64,000 bases of DNA from Candidatus Woesearchaeota archaeon (GCA_038825875.1 JAWBOS010000002.1:12607-76606), one strand, 5' to 3'; positions 1-9,835 are shown, counted from the first letter of the stretch. The notes: generated by a model not told the origin, from the sequence alone. Translations and numbers: made by a program.

Positions 1-210
1 TTTCTTTTGAATATGCAATTTCTTTGCTCTGCTTCTTGAAACTCCCTTCTTTTGAACCTTAATAATGGCACCTTCATTAATCAATTTCCTTATATCTTCC
101 TTAGTAATCGCTGCTGAAATATCCTGAAGTCTCTCAGGATTAAAAAGTATCCTCTTGTATGAGCATTTTAACAATTTTGCAGACAATTTTTTTTGTAATG
201 ATAGATCCAT
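1..210 (-). CDS. rpl19e: 50S ribosomal protein L19e, N-terminal part; the C-terminus runs off the window edge.
   Basis: Reverse translation from the ATG at 210-208 gives MDLSLQKKLSAKLLKCSYKRILFNPERLQDISAAITKEDIRKLINEGAIIKVQKKGVSRSR. This matches the L19e N-terminus. It lies downstream of L32e in the canonical archaeal order. It is absent from the ORF track because it is truncated. Confidence 0.7.
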   Translation of the reverse strand, partial: MDLSLQKKLSAKLLKCSYKRILFNPERLQDISAAITKEDIRKLINEGAIIKVQKKGVSRSRAKKLHIQKK

Positions 211-219
211 GGTTTCACC

Positions 220-813
220 TTACTCATCCTTTGACTTTCTTTTTACACTCTTCTTTGAAGATTGCTCTTTCTGTTCAGTACCAGATAACTCTTTTGAATC
301 TTCCTTTTGATCTTTTCTTTCTGTCGATTGTTCTGCTTGTGAACTAACTTTTTCCTTATCTTGATCATTCTCCTTCTTTTCAGATTTCTTTTCTTTATCT
401 TCCTTAAACTTTAAGTACCTTTCAAGATGTGTTGAATCATGATTTAAAACATCAAACTTATTTTCAAAACAATACTGGAGGATTTTGATCTTATTCTTTT
501 TTCCCACTCTTGCAACAATAATTGCATCCTTCTTTGGATCCAAGCCCTTTAAATCTTCTAACCTACAAACCCTAACAATATTTTTACCATCTTCTGTTTT
601 ATTTCTCAACAACTTAGGAGTCCTATAACCTATTTTTACAAGTAAGGGCTTTCCCTTTATCTGTACTCTCATAAGAGATGACTTTCTTCTAGGACGTCTC
701 CAGGAATCTGATAATCTTTCTTGTTTATGAGCGCAATGTCTTATAAACTTAAATCTCTTTAAACGCTTCTTTATTGCTAACAGGGAACTTATTTTTTCTT
801 TTGAGATCCTCAT
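220..813 (-). CDS. rpl32e: 50S ribosomal protein L32e with a long K/E/S-rich C-terminal tail.
   Basis: The motif FKFIRHCAHKQERLSDSWRRPRRKSSLMRVQIKGKPLLVKIGYRTPK matches the L32e core. It sits between L6 and L19e as in archaeal spc-like clusters. Confidence 0.8.
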   Translation of the reverse strand: MRISKEKISSLLAIKKRLKRFKFIRHCAHKQERLSDSWRRPRRKSSLMRVQIKGKPLLVKIGYRTPKLLRNKTEDGKNIVRVCRLEDLKGLDPKKDAIIVARVGKKNKIKILQYCFENKFDVLNHDSTHLERYLKFKEDKEKKSEKKENDQDKEKVSSQAEQSTERKDQKEDSKELSGTEQKEQSSKKSVKRKSKDE

Positions 814-828
814 GAATTCACCTCGTGA

Positions 829-1371
829 TTAAACAGACTTACCAGATTTTTCAACAATATAGATACCATCAAAAAAGATTCTTCTGTCACGGGTTGTAAT
901 CCTACAAAGTTGCTCAATGTTTGCCGCTTGTTGACCAACTCTTTCTTTATTTATCCCTTCCAACACAACATACTCTCCCTCAACCTTAACCTTAACATCA
1001 GGATACAATTTTAATTTTCGTGGTTTCTTTTCACCAAACAGATTTTTTACAATAAACTCATCTCCGGAAATTGAAACTGATATAGGAAAATGCCCAGAAA
1101 TTATTTTCATTTTGTACGTAAAACCTTCAGTTACACCCTTAATCATATTTTTAATATGTGCAAGATAAGTATAGAACATACATTTATCTCTTTTGTTTCC
1201 ATTCTCAACTTTTAAAGTCAATTTATTATCTTCAAGAGTCAACTTCACATTTTTGTAATCAAAAACTCTGCTATTCCTTCCTTTTGGTCCCTCAATTATT
1301 AATTCACTACCATTTAAAGTAGCTTTCACTTTTTCTGGTAGCTTTATTTCTTCAACAAAATCCCTTTTCAT
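829..1371 (-). CDS. rpl6: 50S ribosomal protein L6.
   Basis: The protein has the two-domain L6 signature, with motifs VKATLNGSELIIEGPKG and ISVSISGDEFIVKN. Its position between S8 and L32e fits the canonical order. Confidence 0.9.
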   Translation of the reverse strand: MKRDFVEEIKLPEKVKATLNGSELIIEGPKGRNSRVFDYKNVKLTLEDNKLTLKVENGNKRDKCMFYTYLAHIKNMIKGVTEGFTYKMKIISGHFPISVSISGDEFIVKNLFGEKKPRKLKLYPDVKVKVEGEYVVLEGINKERVGQQAANIEQLCRITTRDRRIFFDGIYIVEKSGKSV

Positions 1372-1383
1372 AGTATCACATCC

Positions 1384-1773
1384 TTAATAACAATATGCAA
1401 TTAATTTACCACCCAATCTTTTCTGTTTTGCTTCAACATGAGTCATAAGACCCTGATTGGTTGAAACGATGATAATTCCAAAATCATTAGCAGGCAAGAA
1501 TCTTTTTTCGTACTTTTCATAATCCTCTAATTTTACAGGAAATCTTGGCTTAATTGCCTGAATATGATTAATAGCATGAACAAGATTTAAAATAATATAT
1601 CTCCCTTTAGAATCTTCAATTACCTGATAGGATCCAACATATCTATTTGTTTGTAAAAGATCCAAGATTTTCATAAGTAATTTTGAAACCGGCTTAATAA
1701 TTACCTGGCCCTTACCGCTTTTCTCTGCATTTAATATTTTTGACAGTGCATCAGAGATTGGATCATTTTGCAT
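1384..1773 (-). CDS. rps8: 30S ribosomal protein S8.
   Basis: The S8-like sequence DPISDALSKILNAEKSGKGQVIIKPVSKL is conserved, and the gene order S14-S8-L6 is canonical. Confidence 0.9.
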   Translation of the reverse strand: MQNDPISDALSKILNAEKSGKGQVIIKPVSKLLMKILDLLQTNRYVGSYQVIEDSKGRYIILNLVHAINHIQAIKPRFPVKLEDYEKYEKRFLPANDFGIIIVSTNQGLMTHVEAKQKRLGGKLIAYCY

Positions 1774-1782
1774 TTGATCACC

Positions 1783-2013
1783 TCAAGAGTAATTAATAAA
1801 TCCTAATTCTTCAGCAACTTCTCTAAAACATTTTCTACAAATATGTAAATCATATTGTCTTATTAGACCATGACTGTTACCACAGATTATACACTTTGAA
1901 GTTGTTTTTCCACATTTTCTTTGCTTTTTTGCATTATGCTTTAACACCTTCTTAAGTTTTCCTGACTTATTTCCTACCTGCTTCAAAAGATTTTCCCAAG
2001 TACTTATTGGCAT
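1783..2013 (-). CDS. rps14: 30S ribosomal protein S14 type Z (zinc-binding).
   Basis: The protein carries four cysteines as CGKTTSKCIICGNSHGLIRQYDLHICRKCFRE, a zinc-ribbon S14 signature. It lies between L5 and S8. Confidence 0.8.
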   Translation of the reverse strand: MPISTWENLLKQVGNKSGKLKKVLKHNAKKQRKCGKTTSKCIICGNSHGLIRQYDLHICRKCFREVAEELGFINYS

Positions 2014-2021
2014 CTTCTCAC

Positions 2022-2549
2022 CTAAGATTCATCAACAATCTCAATTCCAAAGTTATTTTTAACAAATTCCATAGCTTCTTCGACCGTTATTCTATGTCTC
2101 AAGGGAATCCTTCGCTTCTTTTCAATTTTTCTTCTTTTAATTCTATATCCCGGTCTTTCCAAAGTAACAAATACCTCAAAACCCAAAAGACCTAACTCAG
2201 GTCTATACTTTGAACCAGGAACATCAATATATTCTTTTATTCCAAACCCAAAATTTCCTTCTCTGTCAAAAGAACTCCTAGATAGTCTATTATTAATTGC
2301 CAAAAACAATCTCTTCAACACCTCTTGTGCCTCTTTTCCTCTAAAAGTTAATTTTAATCCAATAGGCAAACCCGGTCGAATCCCCCATCCTTGAATTCTT
2401 CTTTTTGCATGGGTTTTAACAGGATTTTTATTAAAAAGCATTTTAAAGATTTCAATTCCCTTCTCTAGTTTAGATTGATCACTACCTGCTCCAAAATGAA
2501 CTGTCACTTTCTCAATGCGAATTCTTCTCATAGGATTTGATTTATTCAT
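2022..2549 (-). CDS. rpl5: 50S ribosomal protein L5.
   Basis: L5 family motifs are present (IRIEKVTVHFGAGSDQSKLEKGIEI and GIKEYIDVPG), and the position in the cluster is canonical. Confidence 0.9.
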   Translation of the reverse strand: MNKSNPMRRIRIEKVTVHFGAGSDQSKLEKGIEIFKMLFNKNPVKTHAKRRIQGWGIRPGLPIGLKLTFRGKEAQEVLKRLFLAINNRLSRSSFDREGNFGFGIKEYIDVPGSKYRPELGLLGFEVFVTLERPGYRIKRRKIEKKRRIPLRHRITVEEAMEFVKNNFGIEIVDES

Positions 2550-2562
2550 CTGCTACACCTCT

Positions 2563-3273
2563 TTACTTTGTTAAAGTAATCAATGATTTTTCCTTTCCAA
2601 CGGGCAATAAATATGATTTCTTTAATCTTCTTCTCTTTCCTTGAATTTCCACAATACATTCATCTTCATCCATTTCTACAACAGTACCAATTTCGCCCTC
2701 GTGTGAACCCTTTTCAATATACACCAAGCTCTTAATTTCTAATGGAATAACAGAGACTATCTTATTATCAAAAAAGTTAAATATCACACCACAACCTGTT
2801 TTTATAGAGTTATCATTAGTAAGAAAATTTTTTCCATTACTCAAATTTATTTGAATATAATTTGCATTTTCCTTCTTAGCATGCCTTTTGGGAAGGACTG
2901 TTTTTTTAACAACTTTTGCAATACTTATCTTACTTTCTGATTCTTTTATCTCTAATAAATCTAGTTTTTTCTTGTGCATTATTATTCTGTAATGCCTATT
3001 GTATGGTTGGACGTAAATTACATCAAATAATGAACATCCTTGTTTATCATCTTTTATTACCTTACCATTTAGATAAATTTGCTTTGAATTAATCATATAC
3101 CTAACTTCTTTACGTGTTTTTGCAAGTTTTAATATGTCTCTTATGATATAAACTATCGGAAGAGTATACCTTAACGAACATCCTGTGGGTTTAGGCCTAA
3201 CTATCCAAACCTTTTCTCTAACCTTTATCTTCCAGGTTTTCGGTGCAGCAAACCTCTTTAAATGTAATTTCAT
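2563..3273 (-). CDS. rps4e: 30S ribosomal protein S4e.
   Basis: The N-terminus MKLHLKRFAAPKTWKIKVREKVWIVRPKPTGCSL and a KOW-like region are typical of S4e. Confidence 0.9.
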   Translation of the reverse strand: MKLHLKRFAAPKTWKIKVREKVWIVRPKPTGCSLRYTLPIVYIIRDILKLAKTRKEVRYMINSKQIYLNGKVIKDDKQGCSLFDVIYVQPYNRHYRIIMHKKKLDLLEIKESESKISIAKVVKKTVLPKRHAKKENANYIQINLSNGKNFLTNDNSIKTGCGVIFNFFDNKIVSVIPLEIKSLVYIEKGSHEGEIGTVVEMDEDECIVEIQGKRRRLKKSYLLPVGKEKSLITLTK

Positions 3274-3284
3274 TTATCTCACCT

Positions 3285-3728
3285 TTATTCTTTTTCCTGC
3301 TCTTCCTGATTTTTTTCTGAACCTTTCAATTCTTTGAATCTGTCCTTATGCTCAGTATTTATTTCTGTGATCATTAATTTTGAAGGTTCAAAAGGAATAG
3401 GAATTTCAGTACCATCCTTTTTCTTCATCTTAAAATTCTTAAGATAAATCTTCACATCCTTTATACTAATCCTTTCTATTTCTCCCACCTTACCCTTGTG
3501 CTCTCCTCTTAGAATTTTTACCTTATCACCTTTTCTAGGAGTTATTGCTCTTTTATTATACTTTTTTCTTAATTCCTTTGAAAGATGAACATGCAAAAAA
3601 TTTTTCTTGATATGTAAAGGAGCATTAAATCTATATTTCCTTTGTTTTGATGGATCTTTTGAACTTTTCCACTTGTTTGACCACTTTTTCCTTTTGATGA
3701 TCTTAAACCGTAAAGGCATGAAGTTCAC
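3285..3728 (-). CDS. rpl24: 50S ribosomal protein L24 (KOW) with a basic N-terminal extension and an acidic tail.
   Basis: The KOW motif RKGDKVKILRGEHKGKVGEIERI is present. The gene lies between L14 and S4e. Confidence 0.8.
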   Translation of the reverse strand: MNFMPLRFKIIKRKKWSNKWKSSKDPSKQRKYRFNAPLHIKKNFLHVHLSKELRKKYNKRAITPRKGDKVKILRGEHKGKVGEIERISIKDVKIYLKNFKMKKKDGTEIPIPFEPSKLMITEINTEHKDRFKELKGSEKNQEEQEKE

Positions 3729-3749
3729 CTCATCTTTATTTCATAGCTA

Positions 3750-4151
3750 TCATACGATAATGTTACTAAGCTTTGCTACAAATGGCCATCTCTCTGCTGC
3801 TTCCTTTGCAATTGGCCCCTTAATTCTTGTTCCTTTAGGATTTCCATCTTCATCTTTTAATACAACTGCTGCATTATCCTCAAAACTAATTCTGACACCA
3901 TTCCTTCTTCTATATTCCTTCTTTTGACGAACTATAACAGCATAAACAACTTGTTTCCTCATTTCTGCGGAACCTTCAATAACTGATGCCATAACCAAAT
4001 CTCCAACTCCTCCTGCAGGATATCTACCCTTTCTTGTCTTTGCACCCACTATGGTAAAAACCTTGATCTTTTTAGCACCTGAATTGTCGCAAACATTAAG
4101 TACTGTATGATGCTGGATACCTTTTGTTATTCTTGCAGGAACTCCTTTCAT
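3750..4151 (-). CDS. rpl14: 50S ribosomal protein L14.
   Basis: The sequence VLNVCDNSGAKKIKVFTIVG ... AAVVLKDEDGNPKGTRIKGPIAKE is highly conserved L14. Confidence 0.9.
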   Translation of the reverse strand: MKGVPARITKGIQHHTVLNVCDNSGAKKIKVFTIVGAKTRKGRYPAGGVGDLVMASVIEGSAEMRKQVVYAVIVRQKKEYRRRNGVRISFEDNAAVVLKDEDGNPKGTRIKGPIAKEAAERWPFVAKLSNIIV

Positions 4152-4159
4152 AATTTCAC

Positions 4160-4510
4160 CTATTCATTTCTCTTGATGACATCAAATATAACAAATGTCT
4201 TTAACTTGCTTATGGGTCTTGTTTCTCCTACCCTCACAACATCTCCAATGGAAACATCAATGCAATCAGGTTTGTGAACCAACATATTTCTTTTAATCTT
4301 ATATGCTCTTTCATATTTCCTTACTCTAATTACCTCCTCCCATTCAATCCTGGCAGTTCTTCTGCTTTTCATAGACACAACAATACCTTCCATTATTCTA
4401 CCATGAATTTTTATTCTACCATGAAAAGGACAATTCACATCTTGACAAACCTTTTTAGGAGGATTTAACACTGAAATACCTATATTGTTTAATGATTTCT
4501 CTTTATTCAT
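4160..4510 (-). CDS. rps17: 30S ribosomal protein S17. The start was moved to the internal ATG (M43 of the track ORF).
   Basis: S17 motifs are present (CPFHGRIKIHGRIMEGIVVSMKSRRTARIE ... LVHKPDCIDVSIGDVVRVGETRPISK). The 42-residue N-terminal extension in the track ORF has no homology and starts in an AT-rich intergenic stretch. Confidence 0.75.
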   Translation of the reverse strand: MNKEKSLNNIGISVLNPPKKVCQDVNCPFHGRIKIHGRIMEGIVVSMKSRRTARIEWEEVIRVRKYERAYKIKRNMLVHKPDCIDVSIGDVVRVGETRPISKLKTFVIFDVIKRNE

Positions 4511-4618
4511 ATTCCACACCACTAGATATTTAAAAGCAAAATTCTGTCTTTTAATATTTATAAGATCAAATGATGTGAAATTAGCAGTATTTTTAAAGTT
4601 TTTTATTTTCCTATATAA

Positions 4619-5473
4619 TTGATTATGTTTTATCATAACCTCAGTCCTGTTGCCTTTAGAATTGGAGATCTTGAAATAAGATATTATGGCTTAGCTTGGG
4701 TTTTAACCTTTTTTTTAACTCTCTTCTTATTCAAAAAGTATAAAAAAGTAACAAAAATCCAAGACGAGGATGAATTCATTATTGTTCTTCTTCTCTTTAT
4801 TGTTTTATTCTCAAAACTATTGTTTTTCTTAAATGATATTCTTTTTGGTTGGAGAGTAATAGATTTGAATTACATATTATCACATATATTTTCGGGCTTT
4901 AGTGCAATTGGCGGATTTATTGGAACATTTTTCGCATTTTTGTTCTATAAATATGTAAAAAAAGAAAAATTCTCATTACCTTATACCTTTAGTATATTCT
5001 TCATGATTCTAATGTTTGGAGTTGCGGTTGGAAGAATAGCAAATTTTCTAAACAAGGAATTTTATGGAACTCCTAGCAATTTGCCATTTTGCGTGGTCTT
5101 TTTTGAAGGCGATTATTGTAGACATCCCGTGCAACTTTACGAAAGTGCATATTATTTTGTAATATTCATAATTCTGTTAGTCCTTTTCAAAACAAAAGTC
5201 CTAAAGCACTATGAAGAAGGAAAATATCAATATTTACTTATAGATGTTGGATGCGGAATGTATGCAATAGGAAGATTTTTCCTAGAATATTTTAAATCTT
5301 TGCCAAGACTCTATTTTTCACTAACTATAAACCAAATAGAATTAATAATAATGCTAGCAATATATGTAATAGTTAGAAATTATAATAATCTCAAAAAACT
5401 TATCAAAAAGAAAACTAAAACTGAAATCACTTCAGGAGGAGAAAAAAGTGAAAAGAAAAGAAGAAAAAAGTAA
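4619..5473 (+). CDS. lgt: Prolipoprotein diacylglyceryl transferase (Lgt) homologue, a polytopic membrane protein.
   Basis: There is a near match to the Lgt signature (GRIANFLNKEFYG versus G-R-x-x-N-F-x-N-x-E-x-x-G). The HPVQLYE motif corresponds to the Lgt HPTQLYE motif. The N-terminus PVAFRIGDLEIRYYGLAWVL resembles Lgt TM1. Confidence 0.65.
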   Translation: MIMFYHNLSPVAFRIGDLEIRYYGLAWVLTFFLTLFLFKKYKKVTKIQDEDEFIIVLLLFIVLFSKLLFFLNDILFGWRVIDLNYILSHIFSGFSAIGGFIGTFFAFLFYKYVKKEKFSLPYTFSIFFMILMFGVAVGRIANFLNKEFYGTPSNLPFCVVFFEGDYCRHPVQLYESAYYFVIFIILLVLFKTKVLKHYEEGKYQYLLIDVGCGMYAIGRFFLEYFKSLPRLYFSLTINQIELIIMLAIYVIVRNYNNLKKLIKKKTKTEITSGGEKSEKKRRKK

Positions 5474-5687
5474 GCGAAAAAGAATCGCAAGAATTTTAAT
5501 TGAATTAACAATAATGATAGCATTATGGATCATTTTGATATACTACATCATAAAGCTTGATCTTCAAAAGATAACTAAATACGCTTTAATTATTGGCTTA
5601 GTAATTTTAATGGTTAGATATGTAAAAGGTTTTGTTTTTTCACTTGTAAAAAAGATAAGAGGTGATGTGTATGGTAAATCTTCTTGA
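5448..5687 (+). CDS. Small hypothetical membrane protein.
   Basis: The ORF has one or two predicted TM helices and no recognisable motif. It overlaps the lgt 3' end. Confidence 0.2.
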   Translation: MKRKEEKSKRKRIARILIELTIMIALWIILIYYIIKLDLQKITKYALIIGLVILMVRYVKGFVFSLVKKIRGDVYGKSS

Positions 5688-5871
5688 AAAAGAGGCGTGG
5701 GACAGCCCCTTAGGAGTAAGTGTATTCTTCATTGCTTTGGGAATATTTATTTTATTACTTAGTCAAAGTAAAGAATTTAACAAATTTGAAACAACATTGC
5801 TAAGTGTGGGTTTGTTCTTGTTTTTATTAAGTTTATCCGAAAAGCTAAAAGAATCTCGTCCAAGAATTTGA
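5662..5871 (+). CDS. Small hypothetical membrane protein.
   Basis: The ORF has hydrophobic segments and no motif. Confidence 0.2.
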   Translation: MMCMVNLLEKEAWDSPLGVSVFFIALGIFILLLSQSKEFNKFETTLLSVGLFLFLLSLSEKLKESRPRI

Positions 5872-5893
5872 AAAATTTATGCTTTTATCAGAA

Positions 5894-6316
5894 TTATAAA
5901 ATTTTAGCAGTACCCTGGCATAAATCATAAAATTCTAGAACTGAGTTCTTTCTAAGATAAATTAATCCTAGAATCCCTATTTCTTGCAATTTTTTTCTGA
6001 GTTCCTTATCACCTGTAGCAACAATATATGCTTTTGGATCTCTTGAGACTATTTCAATTATTGCTCTATCAACATATTTCTCTTGCGTTTCTATGACTTC
6101 AATATTCTTCCTTTTAATTATTTCTAACAATATTTTTGCATTTACCCTTGTTTTAAGTTTTTGAGTTCTATCATTTTTAATTGCTTCTATTTCCTGAATC
6201 GTAGAGCTTAGAATCGCAATTTTATAATGAAAGGATCTTTCAAGAATCGAGAAGATATCTAACTTTTTTTCAAATGGAAGAAATAAAAAATTTGTGTCTA
6301 TAATTATTTTTACCAT
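5894..6316 (-). CDS. PIN-domain nuclease, Fcf1/Utp24-like.
   Basis: The N-terminal IIIDTNFLF and the YIVATGDKELRKKL motif match Fcf1-type PIN domains. It lies immediately downstream of aRF1. Confidence 0.55.
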   Translation of the reverse strand: MVKIIIDTNFLFLPFEKKLDIFSILERSFHYKIAILSSTIQEIEAIKNDRTQKLKTRVNAKILLEIIKRKNIEVIETQEKYVDRAIIEIVSRDPKAYIVATGDKELRKKLQEIGILGLIYLRKNSVLEFYDLCQGTAKIL

Positions 6317-6334
6317 TTTTGGAATTGTTTATTT

Positions 6335-7432
6335 TTAGTATCTTAATAAAGCAACAACACCGCCAAATTTTCTCAAAATATGACTTTCTCTTAACTCTGG
6401 CGAAATTGGAATAATTTCAGGATTACTATACTTTGAAGTTTCTAATAAGGAATCTAATCTTTCTTTCTCCATATCCTCTAATAATAGAAGTTTTTCAACT
6501 CTTCCTTCTGTTAATCTTTGCAAAACATTTTCAAAAGAGTACTCAACCTTTTCTGGAGTTTTTGCAACAAAAGTCAAAAATTCGTTTATTGCCTGTTTTT
6601 CTCTAATCAACTCTTCTCCCTTCAGCACATCTTCACTAACACTAACCAATTCCTCTAGTCCTGATTCATCAGTGTAAGTAATATCTTTAATTGCAATTAT
6701 TTTTTGTTTTATTTGATCATTTATTCCTGCAGTATTGTAGAAATCATACTTTGTTGGTCCTGGACCTCCTAAAATAATTCCCTTAATTTCTGATAACTGT
6801 GGAAGAAATACATTCTTCATTGCTTCTGCTCCCTCCTTGAAAAACTGTAGCAGTGCCCCTTCTCTAAGCCTAGCAAATCTTTGTGCTGATTGTCCACCTG
6901 CTCTTGCTTTTCCTGGAATATCTGATGTAAGTTGTCTCAAAACTTGAATTGACTTTCCAATCAACATTCCGATCGTTATCTCTCTTCTATCCAAAACCAC
7001 AAGACCATATTTTGTAGTGTCTTTGCACATCTCTTCAAGTGGTTCTGTTAGAAAATTTTTATCACATCTGTAAATTCTAAAATTAATTGGCAATGGAGGT
7101 TCTATAGCCCACACACGCACATCACTTTTTCCCTCTTGAGAAGCAATGTTTCCAGAAAAGATAGCTAATCCATTCTTTGGAGTTTCGTTGTAATTTTTTA
7201 AGAATTGAAGCATTTTTTCTAAAGCATCAATAACATTCTTTCTTGTAACTGCTGACTTTATATTACTTGCTGTATTTCTTTCCTGAAACAAATGTTCCTT
7301 AATCTTATTAATTGAATAATCTGCTGGAACGTAAACTGAAACAAATTCTGTATGCTGTGCTGAATACTTTTTTAACTCTTCAACAATACTCTTTAATTTC
7401 ATTCGTTCTAATTCGTTCATAGAATTCACCAA
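6335..7432 (-). CDS. prf1: Peptide chain release factor aRF1.
   Basis: The NIKS motif (TASNIKSAV) and the GGQ motif (RAGGQSAQRFARL) are both present. Confidence 0.85.
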   Translation of the reverse strand: MVNSMNELERMKLKSIVEELKKYSAQHTEFVSVYVPADYSINKIKEHLFQERNTASNIKSAVTRKNVIDALEKMLQFLKNYNETPKNGLAIFSGNIASQEGKSDVRVWAIEPPLPINFRIYRCDKNFLTEPLEEMCKDTTKYGLVVLDRREITIGMLIGKSIQVLRQLTSDIPGKARAGGQSAQRFARLREGALLQFFKEGAEAMKNVFLPQLSEIKGIILGGPGPTKYDFYNTAGINDQIKQKIIAIKDITYTDESGLEELVSVSEDVLKGEELIREKQAINEFLTFVAKTPEKVEYSFENVLQRLTEGRVEKLLLLEDMEKERLDSLLETSKYSNPEIIPISPELRESHILRKFGGVVALLRY

Positions 7433-7435
7433 AAC

Positions 7436-9835
7436 CTATCCATAATATATTGGAGATTCTATTTGCACAGATCTCTCTCTGAGCGTTTCTCTGAGTTTTT
7501 CAAAGTAATTTATTATTTCTTTGGTAAGAGATGGCTTTACTATCTCTAATGCCTTTTCAAAATGCTTTGAAGTAATGACTGATGCATTTATGTCCTCTCT
7601 TAATGCACACACAACAGCCTCCTTAACCAATGTTGCCAAATCAGCACCACTATAGTTCTCTGTCTTTTTTGCAATCTCTTCCAAATCAACGTCTTTTAAC
7701 GGCACATTCTTTGTATGCACTTTTAAAATAGAAAGTCTTGTCTTAAAATCAGGTGGAGGAACATAAATCAATCTATCAAATCTGCCTGGCCTTAAAAGAG
7801 CAGGATCCACAATATCTGGCCTGTTTGTAGCTGCCATAACTATAACTCCTCTCAAATCCTGAATCCCATCTATTTCTGTCAACAATTGATTAACAACAGA
7901 TTCAATAGCTGAGTGAATCCCAGATCCTCTTCTTGGAGCAATTGAATCAATCTCATCTATAAAAACTATTGAAGGACAGGTCTGTCTTGCTTTGGAAAAG
8001 ATCTTTCTTATTGCTCTTTCACTTTCTCCAACCCATTTACTCAACAACTCTGGCCCTTTTATAGATATGAAATTAGCCTTTGCTTCATTTGCAATTGCCT
8101 TAGCAAGAAGAGTTTTACCTGTTCCAGGAGGACCATAAAGCAACACTCCTCTAGGAGCATCAACACCTAATCTTGAAAATATCTCTGGATGCTTCAATGG
8201 CCATTCCACAACTTCTATTAGTTTCTGTTTCACTTCTTCTAGACCTCCAACATCTTCCCAAGTGATTTTGGGAATCTCTATCAAAACCTCTCGCATTGCA
8301 CTCGGCTTAACAACTTTCAAAGCTTCAAAGAAATCATCTAAGCCTACTTGAAGTTTTTCTAATATATGCTCGGGCACGTTCTCGTCTTTCACTTCTTCTA
8401 AATCAGGTAATAACTTTCTTAATCTTATCATAGCTGCTTCCTTACATAAAGCTGCAAGATCAGCACCCACATAACCATAAGTTACATCTGCCAATTTTTC
8501 AAGTAACAACTCTCTTCCTTTATCGTTCATCTTTTCAAATGCTTTAGGATATGTCTTTTTAATGTATTCTAACTTGTTCTCAAATGTCATCTTAGATATC
8601 TTCTGAATCTCTTCCTGAGATATGTTTTCCTCCTTAAGAACATTTAAAATAAGCATTTCATTTAGCTCTGCTTGCAATGGCATACTTCTTGTATGTATCT
8701 TCAAAATTTCTTTTCTTCCCTCAAAATTAGGAACTGGTATCTCGATTTCTCTATCAAATCTTCCTGGACGCCTTAGTGCTGGATCTACTTCATTTATTAA
8801 GTTAGTTGCTGCAATAACAACCACTTTTCCTCTGCTCTTTAATCCGTCCATTAATGTTAGTAATTGTGCAACAACCCTTCTCTCAACTTCCCCCTTAATC
8901 TCTTCTCTCTTTGGTGCAATTGCATCGATTTCATCTATAAAAATTATACTTGGAGCGTTTTTCTCTGCTTCCTCAAAAATTTTACGAAGATTTGCCTCTG
9001 ATTGTCCATAATACTTGGACATAATTTCAGGACCATTTATAACAAAAAATGATGCATTTGTTTCATTTGCAACTGCTTTAGCAAGCAAGGTTTTTCCAGT
9101 ACCAGGAGGACCGTAGAGAAGTATTCCTTTAGGTGGCTCTACTCCCAATCTCTTAAATATTTCTGGATGCTTTAATGGCAATTCTATCATTTCTCTAACC
9201 TTTTGAACCTCTTCTCTCAAACCACCTATGTCTTCATAAGTTATACCTACCTTCTCCTCTTCTGGCATCTCTTCAGGATTATAGATTATATGAGTCTGTT
9301 CTGTAATTACTACCGGCCCATTTGGAACTGTTTTTAAAACTTTAAATCTAATACCCGATAAACCAAAAGATAAGTCTTGAGTGACTATAGCAAAAAATTC
9401 CTCTGTGGGAGAATCAGAAAAAAATCTTCTCCTTATGCCTCCAAGTCCTACAAGATCTCCTTTGATAACTGCTTTCCCAACTAAACCATTTTTTAACAAA
9501 CTCATAGGATACTGTACAGAAGATTCATTATTAACAGGACCTATTACTACTGTTTCTGCTTCCTTTACTTCTGCAATCTTCACTGTAACAAAATCCCCAA
9601 TAGTTGTTTTTGCATTCTTTCTAATCAAACCATCCATTCGAATTATGTTCAAACCAATATCTCCAGGATACGCTCTCTCAGCAATTGCTACTGTTGATCT
9701 GTTTCCTGTGATTTCCAAAAAGTCTCCAGGCTTTGCTCCTAAATCGTGTAATAATGCAGAATCTATTCTAACTATGCCTTTATTAACATCATCTTGCAAT
9801 GCCTCTGCAACCTTTAGTTTTAATTCCTGAACCAT
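7436..9835 (-). CDS. cdc48: CDC48/VCP-like AAA+ ATPase with tandem AAA domains.
   Basis: The protein has an N-terminal CDC48 N-domain and two Walker A motifs ([22 protein letters not shown] and [22 protein letters not shown]). Each is followed by a DEID Walker B motif and an SRH region. Confidence 0.9.
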   Translation of the reverse strand: MVQELKLKVAEALQDDVNKGIVRIDSALLHDLGAKPGDFLEITGNRSTVAIAERAYPGDIGLNIIRMDGLIRKNAKTTIGDFVTVKIAEVKEAETVVIGPVNNESSVQYPMSLLKNGLVGKAVIKGDLVGLGGIRRRFFSDSPTEEFFAIVTQDLSFGLSGIRFKVLKTVPNGPVVITEQTHIIYNPEEMPEEEKVGITYEDIGGLREEVQKVREMIELPLKHPEIFKRLGVEPPKGILLYGPPGTGKTLLAKAVANETNASFFVINGPEIMSKYYGQSEANLRKIFEEAEKNAPSIIFIDEIDAIAPKREEIKGEVERRVVAQLLTLMDGLKSRGKVVVIAATNLINEVDPALRRPGRFDREIEIPVPNFEGRKEILKIHTRSMPLQAELNEMLILNVLKEENISQEEIQKISKMTFENKLEYIKKTYPKAFEKMNDKGRELLLEKLADVTYGYVGADLAALCKEAAMIRLRKLLPDLEEVKDENVPEHILEKLQVGLDDFFEALKVVKPSAMREVLIEIPKITWEDVGGLEEVKQKLIEVVEWPLKHPEIFSRLGVDAPRGVLLYGPPGTGKTLLAKAIANEAKANFISIKGPELLSKWVGESERAIRKIFSKARQTCPSIVFIDEIDSIAPRRGSGIHSAIESVVNQLLTEIDGIQDLRGVIVMAATNRPDIVDPALLRPGRFDRLIYVPPPDFKTRLSILKVHTKNVPLKDVDLEEIAKKTENYSGADLATLVKEAVVCALREDINASVITSKHFEKALEIVKPSLTKEIINYFEKLRETLRERSVQIESPIYYG

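Noticed and set aside
3607-3927. A 106-aa plus-strand ORF spans the L24/L14 junction.
   Set aside because: It is antisense to conserved ribosomal protein genes.
8622-9830. Plus-strand ORFs of 129 aa and 149 aa lie inside the CDC48 gene.
   Set aside because: They are antisense to a strongly conserved AAA+ coding region. They have Ser/Thr/Leu-rich low-complexity composition typical of antisense reading frames.
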